A stretch of DNA of 42,686 bases from a virus (lineage: Duplodnaviria; Caudoviricetes), in the IMG/VR virus record IMGVR_UViG_3300043443_000105, positions 1 to 42,686 of that record; one strand, given 5' to 3'. The notes below the pieces were generated by a model, which saw only the letters and a program-made list of their open reading frames with translations, made no database searches and had not been told where the DNA came from. Position numbers and translations under genes: made by a program. Of this stretch, positions 35,414-42,686 are shown in pieces (within the stretch, counting starts at the first letter, position 1; every line of letters starts with the position of its first letter).

Positions 35414-36588
35414 TGCTAACAATCGGTAAACAACTTACCGCAGAGCAACGCATGTACAAGGCAACGACAGACTTGATAGGTTGTGACGAGTTTGTCGCCT
35501 TGGCAGGTGTTCTCATGGTCGGTAGTAAGAAAGTGGTGGACGATAAGATCACCGCATGCACTAATGGTCGTGACGAGAAGTATGGTCGTGGGTTTGTTGA
35601 TAGTCTCAATGATGCCGAGTTTAGATTTCTTATGCTACATGAGTGCTATCACAAGATGTATCGTCATCTAACAACGTGGCAAGATCTTCACAAGATAGAC
35701 CATGATCGTGCCAATCGTGCGTGTGATTACGTCATTAACCATAAACTTGTGCATTCTGAATCAGGCAAGTCAGGTTGGATCAAGATGCCTGATGGTGGGT
35801 GCTATGACGATAAGTACAAGGACATGAATGCCAAAGAAGTTTTCGACTTACTTGAGTCGCAAGATCAAGAAGGTCAAGGTCAAGGTCAGGGAACTGGCTT
35901 CGACGATCATGACTGGGAGGGGGCGCAGGAATTGTCCGATGAGGAACAGGAGAAACTCGCTAAAGAAATTGACGAGGCAGTACGTCAAGGCGCAGTCTTA
36001 GCGGGTAAGGTCGGGTCGGGTGGTAATCGAGACTTGACTGAACTCTTAGAACCTAAGAAGGATTGGCGAGAACTATTGCGTGAGTATGTTAAGACAACAT
36101 GTTCGGGCAAGGATTACTCAACGTGGCGCAAACCTAATCGTAGATATGTTGGCATGGACTTGTTGATGCCAAGTGCGATTAGCGAGGCTATGGGTGAGAT
36201 CGTGGTTGCTATTGATACGTCAGGATCTATTGGTCAGCGTGAACTGAACAACTTCCTAGGCGAGATCAAAGGTATCTGTGAACAAGTTAAGCCAAGCAAG
36301 GTGCATGTAATGTACTGGGATACAGCGATATGCCGTACAGAAGTGTACATGCAGGACGAACTCGACAACTTGGTGAAGTCTACTAAACCCGCAGGGGGTG
36401 GTGGGACTGATCCATCATGCGTACCACAATATCTTAACGAGAAAGGTATCAAGCCTGAGTGCGTGGTGATGCTAACCGATGGCTATGTCGGCGGTTGGGG
36501 TCAATGGTCTGTGCCTGTGTTGTGGTGCATCTTAAACAATCGGTCTGCAAACCCAAGCGTGGGTGTAGCAGTTCATATTGACGGCTAA
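35410..36588 (+). CDS. HExxH metallopeptidase-like plus vWA domain protein (DUF2201-like)
   Basis: TACTNG, HECYH, and MIDAS DTSGS..GGGTD..LTDGY. Confidence 0.85.
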   Translation: MMLTIGKQLTAEQRMYKATTDLIGCDEFVALAGVLMVGSKKVVDDKITACTNGRDEKYGRGFVDSLNDAEFRFLMLHECYHKMYRHLTTWQDLHKIDHDRANRACDYVINHKLVHSESGKSGWIKMPDGGCYDDKYKDMNAKEVFDLLESQDQEGQGQGQGTGFDDHDWEGAQELSDEEQEKLAKEIDEAVRQGAVLAGKVGSGGNRDLTELLEPKKDWRELLREYVKTTCSGKDYSTWRKPNRRYVGMDLLMPSAISEAMGEIVVAIDTSGSIGQRELNNFLGEIKGICEQVKPSKVHVMYWDTAICRTEVYMQDELDNLVKSTKPAGGGGTDPSCVPQYLNEKGIKPECVVMLTDGYVGGWGQWSVPVLWCILNNRSANPSVGVAVHIDG

Positions 36589-36597
36589 CGTTAGACA
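36582..36597. promoter_or_regulatory. palindrome copy 6 (overlaps stop codon)
   Basis: CGGCTAACGTTAGACA. Confidence 0.8.
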
Positions 36598-36607
36598 GGA
36601 GAATGAA

Positions 36608-36697
36608 ATGATGAGTGATATGTTGCAGGAAATTTTTGTCTTGGCTGTGGTAGTTATCGCCACATGCCAAGTTATTAAATTGTTTAAGGGAGATTGA
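36608..36697 (+). CDS. small membrane peptide (29 aa)
   Basis: AGGAGA RBS; MMSDMLQEIFVLAVVVIATCQVIKLFKGD. Confidence 0.5.
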   Translation: MMSDMLQEIFVLAVVVIATCQVIKLFKGD

Positions 36698-36698
36698 T

Positions 36699-36884
36699 AT
36701 GACTTTATCAGTTGCGGAAATGTACTTAGTAGTGTGGGCATCATTCATGACGCTTTTATATTTTATATCTAAGCACGATGCTAAGAACTTCAAGCAGTTC
36801 ACTATCTACAAGTTAAGACAAGTAGCAAAAGGGAAAGCCAAAGTCGTTGACGATGGCGAGAGTGTTCAAATTGTTGATTGTTAA
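36699..36884 (+). CDS. small membrane protein
   Basis: 61 aa with an N-terminal TM segment; GGGAG RBS. Confidence 0.6.
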   Translation: MTLSVAEMYLVVWASFMTLLYFISKHDAKNFKQFTIYKLRQVAKGKAKVVDDGESVQIVDC

Positions 36885-36896
36885 TAGGAGAATGAT

Positions 36897-38012
36897 ATGG
36901 CATGGAGTGAATCGGTAGATCCAAATTATCCTAACATCAGGATGGAGACGTATAAGAGTAGTAATGGGGAGTACAAAGGATATAACAGAACTCATTACTA
37001 CGATATGCCTACCCGTAAACATCTTGGTTGTATATATGAGGATAACGACGAAGGTGGTAAGACAACGCAGTTTCAACAAGTACTTGACAGACAGAAGGAG
37101 ATTATTGAAATGAACTCACGTTTTTGTAGTTTTGATAATGTAGCAAAGATGTATGAAGATATTAAGCCATTACGTGGTTTACGTAAGAGTGAAGACATTC
37201 GTCCAATATGGGCTAGACGTTACCATTGGAGACGAGTTGCCAAGATCAACGACAACAAGTATGTCTTACATGATGGTGACTACAAAGTAGGAAGAACTTT
37301 TGAGGAGTCGTGCGACCTTGCGCCTATTACATGGGAACGTAAGGCAGACGGCGATTACATGACAGTTCGTAATTGCCATGCACCATATTACTCAATGTCA
37401 CGTTATGCGTTTTTGTCTCAGGCTTTGCCAAGATCAATGTGGTTCAAGATCGACAACGGCAAACACTACATTGTGCAGGGTGACAAAGAGCATTATTTGG
37501 CTAAGTTCAAGGCGCACTACGATAGTAATGTAGGCAAGCACGTTGTTACAGAAGACATGACTATCACCTTCAAACATCTTGGTGGTACTGAGTTTGAACG
37601 TGTATCGGAGTTGTTGCCAATGAAAGTACGGCGCATGAACAAAGATCTTAAGGCGAAGTATGACCCCTTGATTAAAGATATGTGGGATTGGGCTTGTATG
37701 GTGCTACCGATTCTTGGTGAGACCATGCACGATTGGGATGTACGGAATGCTCATGCAGAAAAAGTGTCAGGTAGAAGTGCTTGGTATTGGGATAGAGAGA
37801 CTAGCGCTGAAAGAATTAGAGAGATCGTTGAAGATCCTGAACATGAGTTTCGTCTATCGTTAGTCGCAATAGCGTCTTGGACTGCGGGTGCGTTTGATAC
37901 TGGGTCTAAAGAGCACAAAAATAAGACGTTTGCCCCAAGCAAAGACGCATGCAGAGAGTTTAAGAAGGTCATGCGTAAGGTAATCGATATATCAGCAGTA
38001 GAGTTACGGTAA
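36897..38012 (+). CDS. hypothetical protein
   Basis: 371 aa; AGGAG RBS. A second strong in-frame start lies at 37110. Confidence 0.75.
   Translation: MAWSESVDPNYPNIRMETYKSSNGEYKGYNRTHYYDMPTRKHLGCIYEDNDEGGKTTQFQQVLDRQKEIIEMNSRFCSFDNVAKMYEDIKPLRGLRKSEDIRPIWARRYHWRRVAKINDNKYVLHDGDYKVGRTFEESCDLAPITWERKADGDYMTVRNCHAPYYSMSRYAFLSQALPRSMWFKIDNGKHYIVQGDKEHYLAKFKAHYDSNVGKHVVTEDMTITFKHLGGTEFERVSELLPMKVRRMNKDLKAKYDPLIKDMWDWACMVLPILGETMHDWDVRNAHAEKVSGRSAWYWDRETSAERIREIVEDPEHEFRLSLVAIASWTAGAFDTGSKEHKNKTFAPSKDACREFKKVMRKVIDISAVELR
37851..37866. promoter_or_regulatory. palindrome copy 7 (2 mismatches, intragenic)
   Basis: ttt-CGTCTATCGTTAGTCG-caa; the flanks match the reverse complement of copies 1-2. Confidence 0.65.
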
Positions 38013-38034
38013 ACAACTTAACAGGAGAATAGTA

Positions 38035-39024
38035 ATGACTAGAATACATAAGATGGCAGAGATAATGGACAATGCCAACATAAAGGCGAAAGTAGAACGT
38101 ACTGTGAGATCAGTACAGAACGATGGTTGGGAACATCAATTCCAAGGATCAGCAGTAGTCGAAGAACTGAAAAACTTCTTAACACAAGTTAGTTCGGTGA
38201 TGCCGAATGTAAAGTTCTACCCGTTTAACGACCAGACCATACACCACAATTTTCTTTGCAAGGAAAGTAATTCCATGCAGTTCAAACAAGTATTTGTGGT
38301 TAGTGATTGGTTTGTTTACACGGATGACTTCCCATATGAAATTGGTCGTCTAAGTTACAAAGATCACTCAGCAAAATCCAATGGTGAACTTACCTATGGT
38401 ATATACAGTCGCAAGATACAGAATGCCAAGTACCATACTGGGCGGGATCAGCACAACATGATGATGTCTAAAGATCTTAATAAAGCAATTAAGTTGGCTA
38501 AGACTTATCTGACCCCGTACTCTACCTATGAACTTGCCACAGCTTCTTATGAGGCGATACATCAACGAACATGTAAAGCTCTAGAAGATACTGCTAGAGG
38601 CATGCGGGTAGCCATAGAACCTATTAGGAACAATACAGATACCCTGATTGCGGAGATGATGCACCTTATTAAGCAGGGCGCTCAGTTCAGTACCGATGGA
38701 TTCAAGTCGGTGGCTAACCAAATAGAAGCAAAGGTCATGGCATACAAAGCCGAGGAGGAACGCAAGGTCAGCGCATTGTTTGTGCGTCTTTACAACATAG
38801 GGGAAGACACCTATGCCGATGTGCAAGAAGCGTCTAACGTTAGACACAATGCCTTTGCGGGTAAGGGTTTGAACGGATCATCTACCTTGACGTACAAAAT
38901 GTCGGATCTGCCTGAAGAAACTGCACATGCGGTGGCTTCTCTTAGTATCTTGGAGAGAGATCAATACGTGACAGGGGTCGGCATGAAGATTGACGAGCGT
39001 CACTTTTGGGTGGAGCGTGGCTAA
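38035..39024 (+). CDS. hypothetical protein
   Basis: 329 aa; TTAACAGGAGAA RBS. Confidence 0.8.
   Translation: MTRIHKMAEIMDNANIKAKVERTVRSVQNDGWEHQFQGSAVVEELKNFLTQVSSVMPNVKFYPFNDQTIHHNFLCKESNSMQFKQVFVVSDWFVYTDDFPYEIGRLSYKDHSAKSNGELTYGIYSRKIQNAKYHTGRDQHNMMMSKDLNKAIKLAKTYLTPYSTYELATASYEAIHQRTCKALEDTARGMRVAIEPIRNNTDTLIAEMMHLIKQGAQFSTDGFKSVANQIEAKVMAYKAEEERKVSALFVRLYNIGEDTYADVQEASNVRHNAFAGKGLNGSSTLTYKMSDLPEETAHAVASLSILERDQYVTGVGMKIDERHFWVERG
38831..38846. promoter_or_regulatory. palindrome copy 8 (intragenic)
   Basis: CGTCTAACGTTAGACA. Confidence 0.85.
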
Positions 39025-39025
39025 C

Positions 39026-39448
39026 ATGCACAACGAATACATAACCCCCCAAGCTAGGCGGGAGAGGGAACTTTACATTAGTATCTTTTGTGACTTATCT
39101 TATACCTTTATGGATAAGGTAAAACAAAGAGTTTCTGCCCCCGAAGAAGTAATCTTTTCTTACATTGAAAGAACCAAGAAAGAACCCATATATAGGATCT
39201 GTCTAAACTCAGACGGAAGCGCACAAACAACATGTTATGAGATGTTGGATGCTTTTTCTCCTGAGTTAAAAAGTTTCTATTCAAGTGTTGACGAAATGCC
39301 AAAATGGGTGCAAGATAGGATCGCCGTATTAATGTTACTCGACCCCAGTAAATTAAACCAAGAAGTCGAGAACGTTGGACGACGTATAAGTGATGATATA
39401 TTTTGGGTCTTCAAAGGAGAAGCAGATGGGGATGACCCCCGAAGCTAA
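39026..39448 (+). CDS. hypothetical protein
   Basis: ATG just after the upstream stop; its C-terminus resembles that of the upstream gene. Confidence 0.7.
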   Translation: MHNEYITPQARRERELYISIFCDLSYTFMDKVKQRVSAPEEVIFSYIERTKKEPIYRICLNSDGSAQTTCYEMLDAFSPELKSFYSSVDEMPKWVQDRIAVLMLLDPSKLNQEVENVGRRISDDIFWVFKGEADGDDPRS

Positions 39449-39752
39449 AGTAAAGAAAGCCGTGCGCCAAGTCCTTGATGGGCTTGGTGCCTACTATGTG
39501 ATGCCAGTGACAGGCGGATATGGGAGGCAGGGCGCACCTGATTTTTTGGTTTGCCTAAACGGGCAGTTCATAGGCATTGAAACCAAGGCAGGAAAAGGCA
39601 GACTAACCGCTTTACAAGAAATGAATCTTAAACAGATCATCGATGCGGGTGGTGTGTCTCTCGTCATAAGGGAAGACGACGTTAAATATCTTCCTAGTTT
39701 GTTATCAACAGGAGAAAGTAATGAAGAAGCGAAAGGTAAAACCGAGCAGTAA
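39426..39752 (+). CDS. VRR-NUC / Holliday-junction-resolvase-like PD-(D/E)xK nuclease
   Basis: TPEAKVK..GAPDFLVCLNGQFIGIETKAGKGRLTALQ..GG. Confidence 0.85.
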   Translation: MGMTPEAKVKKAVRQVLDGLGAYYVMPVTGGYGRQGAPDFLVCLNGQFIGIETKAGKGRLTALQEMNLKQIIDAGGVSLVIREDDVKYLPSLLSTGESNEEAKGKTEQ

Positions 39753-40137
39753 TGTAGCAAAGGTCTTAGACCTGATGAAAGCAGATGCCAAGGTATCTGT
39801 AAAAGAAATTGTTGAGAAGACAAATCTCAAGACTTCTAACGTCTATGCAATACGCAACTATATCAAGAAGCACGGGTTATTAAAGCCGTTGCCAATGACG
39901 GGTATAGCGCCAAAGGCGAAAGCACCAAGCGCTGAAAAAGAAATAACCAACTTACTCAAAGAGAATAGACAACTTACTGAGTGGACACAGATGTGGAAAC
40001 ATAGGTGCGACAAGTTAGATCAAGAATTAAAAGAAGCTAAGATTTTGTTTTTAGATCAATTAGCCGTAGTGCGTTACTTAGAAGCAAAACTTTTACAACT
40101 CGTCGAAGCAAAAATTAAAGAAAGGGATCAAGCATGA
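39721..40137 (+). CDS. putative HTH DNA-binding protein with coiled coil
   Basis: VSVKEIVEKTNLKTSNVYAIR is HTH-like; C-terminal coiled coil. Confidence 0.6.
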   Translation: MKKRKVKPSSNVAKVLDLMKADAKVSVKEIVEKTNLKTSNVYAIRNYIKKHGLLKPLPMTGIAPKAKAPSAEKEITNLLKENRQLTEWTQMWKHRCDKLDQELKEAKILFLDQLAVVRYLEAKLLQLVEAKIKERDQA

Positions 40138-40277
40138 AAAAGATCATTGCAATTGTTTGTCTAACATTAGCCACAACTAGCGTATTCGCTCAAGTTAAAT
40201 GCGAGTCTGATGGTCGTGGTGGTATGTGTTGTTGGGATACTAAAGTCAACGGACCTTGGAAACCTATTGGTTGCTGA
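40134..40277 (+). CDS. secreted Cys-rich mini-protein (47 aa)
   Basis: Signal peptide MKKIIAIVCLTLATTSVFA followed by QVKCESDGRGGMCCWDTKVNGPWKPIGC; ATGA overlap. Confidence 0.65.
   Translation: MKKIIAIVCLTLATTSVFAQVKCESDGRGGMCCWDTKVNGPWKPIGC
40158..40173. promoter_or_regulatory. palindrome copy 9 (degenerate, intragenic)
   Basis: TGTCTAACATTAGCCA. Confidence 0.5.
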
Positions 40278-40327
40278 TAGAAAAAAGATGTGTGTGGCTT
40301 AACCGCCACACCATTTAAGGAGAATGT

Positions 40328-41263
40328 ATGCAAAAACAAAATGACCAAGTAACTTTCTTTGACATAATGGAACAACATAAATTATCTTTTGATAAAGTCA
40401 AAGACGCTTACGATCACCCAATGATGCGAGAAATGTTAATGGTGACATTTCAGACGCAGGTTGAGGGGCTTGATAGTGAAGACTTTGTTGGTTTAGATTT
40501 GGCACAAGAAGACATACCCGATGCAATTTACAACTACCCAAAAGTTATTTTTGAGCCGTCATTTAACGTGGATCGTGGGGTTATTGCCAACGCATTTAAC
40601 GAAATAGGTCAGGTGCGTTTACCCTTTCCAAAAATGACAATCATTACTTGCCCTCCACCACAAGGATTTAACGGTAAAGTAGCCGCCTTACTACCTATCT
40701 ACGTAACACAAGATCATGATTCAGTCTTAGCTTATTTTGTTACCAACAGAAAAGAAAAGGTTGATGTATTAGCTTTTCGTTATTACATGAGAGAAGTGAT
40801 TGTAGATGGTGAGAGAAACAAGATGCTCACCGAGATAATTGCAACACCAGCACAAGTTGAACGTTTGGGTGGTCAAGACGCAGTGCAGTACTTTGCTCAG
40901 TTTTATATGCACGTCATAACAAGAGTGATTTATATGATGACTATATCGGGTGGAGAATTTTACATGTGTAAGCCTTCCCCTAAAGATGCCACCATGAATG
41001 CCAAACGTATACGCAAGGGTAAGAAGCCTTTACTTGAATTTCGTATGATAACGATTGATGGTAGAAAACCTAACTTACCTTCAGTACCCCATGGCACTCA
41101 TGCTTCACCACGTCAGCATTGGAGACGTGGGCATTGGCGAAACACAAAGACAGGTAAGAAAGTATGGATTGATCCGATGTTAGTCGGTGACGAAGAGAAC
41201 GGTAAGATCATAAAAGACTATGCCGTTGGTCAATACGAGGAGAAAGAACTTGTACATCATTAA
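40328..41263 (+). CDS. hypothetical protein with C-terminal SPRxHxRRGHWR motif
   Basis: 311 aa; AAGGAG RBS; HASPRQHWRRGHWR..GKKVWI. Confidence 0.8.
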   Translation: MQKQNDQVTFFDIMEQHKLSFDKVKDAYDHPMMREMLMVTFQTQVEGLDSEDFVGLDLAQEDIPDAIYNYPKVIFEPSFNVDRGVIANAFNEIGQVRLPFPKMTIITCPPPQGFNGKVAALLPIYVTQDHDSVLAYFVTNRKEKVDVLAFRYYMREVIVDGERNKMLTEIIATPAQVERLGGQDAVQYFAQFYMHVITRVIYMMTISGGEFYMCKPSPKDATMNAKRIRKGKKPLLEFRMITIDGRKPNLPSVPHGTHASPRQHWRRGHWRNTKTGKKVWIDPMLVGDEENGKIIKDYAVGQYEEKELVHH

Positions 41264-41414
41264 AGACGAAAACGGCGAAATAATGCGGATAGTAAATAGG
41301 CAAGAAGAGGCAAGACAAATCGTACAAAGCCGAGAAGGTTGGACATTTAAGTGCGTACGGAAGGTAGTACGTAAACTGGTAGAAGGATATAAATTTGAGG
41401 AGGCACTATTTTGA
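41250..41414 (+). CDS. small hypothetical protein
   Basis: TTG after GAGGAG; ends in FEEALF. Confidence 0.55.
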   Translation: MYIIKDENGEIMRIVNRQEEARQIVQSREGWTFKCVRKVVRKLVEGYKFEEALF

Positions 41415-41584
41415 TCGTCACAATACTTAACATGTTTGCATTATTTGTCGCTACCTGTGCGGTATTGATATTTATGGTGGTGTTTAGCTTCTTCTTGTTC
41501 ATTATGTATGCCTGTATACACATTGGCTGGAAAGAGATTAAAGGTATGTCGTTGTCTGAACTATGGAATAGGATTCAGAAATGA
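41411..41584 (+). CDS. small membrane protein (57 aa)
   Basis: TTG overlapping the upstream stop, GAGGAGG RBS and a long hydrophobic stretch. Confidence 0.55.
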   Translation: MIVTILNMFALFVATCAVLIFMVVFSFFLFIMYACIHIGWKEIKGMSLSELWNRIQK

Positions 41585-41763
41585 ACACGTTTAAAGAGTT
41601 TCCTATCGGCACTTTGGTAATGCGTTTTTATAAGACCGACCATGTATGGACTTGCACAGTAACAGAAGATATGTTGGATGAAGTAATCAAAATAGCCAAG
41701 CCATTGTCAGAAGAATACATTGAGGCGGAGTGGCTTCGATTAGGAAAGGCACAAGAGAAATGA
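41581..41763 (+). CDS. hypothetical protein
   Basis: 60 aa with ATGA overlaps. Confidence 0.6.
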   Translation: MNTFKEFPIGTLVMRFYKTDHVWTCTVTEDMLDEVIKIAKPLSEEYIEAEWLRLGKAQEK

Positions 41764-42398
41764 ACGCATACAAATTAGCAGATGCTTTAGATTGGGTTTG
41801 TAAAAATCACTTGATAGGGATTGGCGATGCAGACTTTAAAACAACCGCAAATATGCTCCGCCAACAAGCAGACCGCATAGCGGAATTAGAGAAAGCGTTT
41901 ATTAATCAAAGAGTGCAAGCATATGCTAAAAGCCTTACTGATGGAACTAAAGCAAGTGCTATAGCTAAAGTATTAAATGCTGAACCAGTAGATATTTGGA
42001 CTTCTTGTCTTGATTGTGGTCAAAGAATAACTAACGATTCCATTCATACTTGTTCACCACAAATAAAAGAGTTAACAGACCGTATAGCGGAGTTGTCAAA
42101 AAATGTTGATGAACTGGAAGAAGAATTGCTAAAAGCGACACACCCAAATTCTGAACCAGTAGCGTGGTTTGATGGTAAATATTATGTTTGCCCTGAACTT
42201 GGCTATGAATACACAATCACAGAACAACATCCAAAAGATTTAGGCTGGATTCCACTCTACACCACACCACAAATAAAAGATTTAAGTGATGAGGAAATAC
42301 GCACTATTCAGGACATGTGCCACTTGAAAAACGTTGGATACAACACTTTTATTATGCGTTTTGCCAGGGCAATACTAAAAAAAGCGAGTAAGAAATGA
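41760..42398 (+). CDS. modular early protein (Ea/Ead-like; EPVAW..PLYTTP motifs)
   Basis: Repeated blocks DRIAEL, EPV and PQIKxL. Confidence 0.65.
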   Translation: MNAYKLADALDWVCKNHLIGIGDADFKTTANMLRQQADRIAELEKAFINQRVQAYAKSLTDGTKASAIAKVLNAEPVDIWTSCLDCGQRITNDSIHTCSPQIKELTDRIAELSKNVDELEEELLKATHPNSEPVAWFDGKYYVCPELGYEYTITEQHPKDLGWIPLYTTPQIKDLSDEEIRTIQDMCHLKNVGYNTFIMRFARAILKKASKK

Positions 42399-42562
42399 GA
42401 AAGGTAAGCATACGCACAGTTAAAAATACTATTGGGCTGGCACGTAGTGTTGCTAATGGAACAACCAAATTTCCGTTTATGGGTTATTGCGCAGACCTGA
42501 TGGAAAAGATGTTGGAAGAGATTAAACAAACAAGAAATGAACAAACTAAAAAGGAGCATTAA
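42395..42562 (+). CDS. small hypothetical protein (55 aa)
   Basis: Hand-translated MRKVSIRTVKNTIGLA...; ATGA overlap. Confidence 0.55.
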   Translation: MRKVSIRTVKNTIGLARSVANGTTKFPFMGYCADLMEKMLEEIKQTRNEQTKKEH

Positions 42563-42686
42563 ATGTTAGAAAATGTAGAAGCAATACAAGCACCAAAACC
42601 CGCTAAGTTGTTTGTAGCTACCCCGATGTATGGTGGGTTATGCACAGGCGGTTACACAATGGGTATTCTTAATTGTGTGCAGACAT
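42563..42686 (+). CDS. putative GT-A fold glycosyltransferase (runs off the right edge of the window)
   Basis: AAGGAG RBS; KLFVATPMYGG resembles the first strand and loop of phage GT-A proteins. Only 41 codons are visible. Confidence 0.45.
   Translation, partial: MLENVEAIQAPKPAKLFVATPMYGGLCTGGYTMGILNCVQT

Noticed and set aside
40292-40311. Hairpin GTGTGGC-TTAACC-GCCACAC
   Set aside because: No adjacent U tract on the plus strand, so not called as a terminator; it may be a stability or processing hairpin.
1-42686. Stop-codon recoding, DGR, introns/inteins, tRNAs, integrase
   Set aside because: Genes are intact and tightly packed in the standard code. No reverse transcriptase, TR/VR pair, intein-sized insertion, cloverleaf or recombinase was recognised by eye; tRNAscan and HMM searches were not run.

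Overview
This window is about 42.7 kb of a tailed dsDNA phage genome with podovirus (P22-like) morphogenesis architecture. It resembles uncultured freshwater proteobacterial phages; a betaproteobacterial host is an inference only. Positions 1-29851 form a leftward (minus-strand) late operon: terS, terL, portal, GroES-like co-chaperonin, scaffold, major capsid, a cluster of small basic Lys/Gly/Met-rich proteins, head-tail adaptors, tail fibres with a Gly-rich adhesin, a cupin and two 2OG-Fe(II) oxygenases, holin/endolysin, nozzle, needle, a GNAT-fold protein and ejection proteins. Positions 29852-31945 are a mostly non-coding divergent control region with promoters, terminators, structured RNA candidates, direct and inverted repeats and an iteron-like array. 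Positions 30433-42686 form a rightward early region: DUF3150-like protein, AAA+ ATPase, HExxH-vWA protein, VRR-NUC nuclease, many small membrane proteins and a truncated glycosyltransferase-like gene. The three most notable signals are: (1) a 14-16 bp palindrome (CGTCTAACGTTAGACG) found about 9 times, only in the early region and often inside genes; (2) a [F/Y/M]-x-x-G-G peptide tag shared by about 12 late proteins, together with a stand-alone protein carrying the tape-measure-type 'xGG..GPGxGxSDSIP..GEFV' domain, suggesting a cargo tagging or processing system; (3) a kissing-loop RNA between the capsid terminator and the next gene's RBS. No integrase, tRNA or CRISPR array was recognised. All family assignments come from motif recognition by eye, not database searches.
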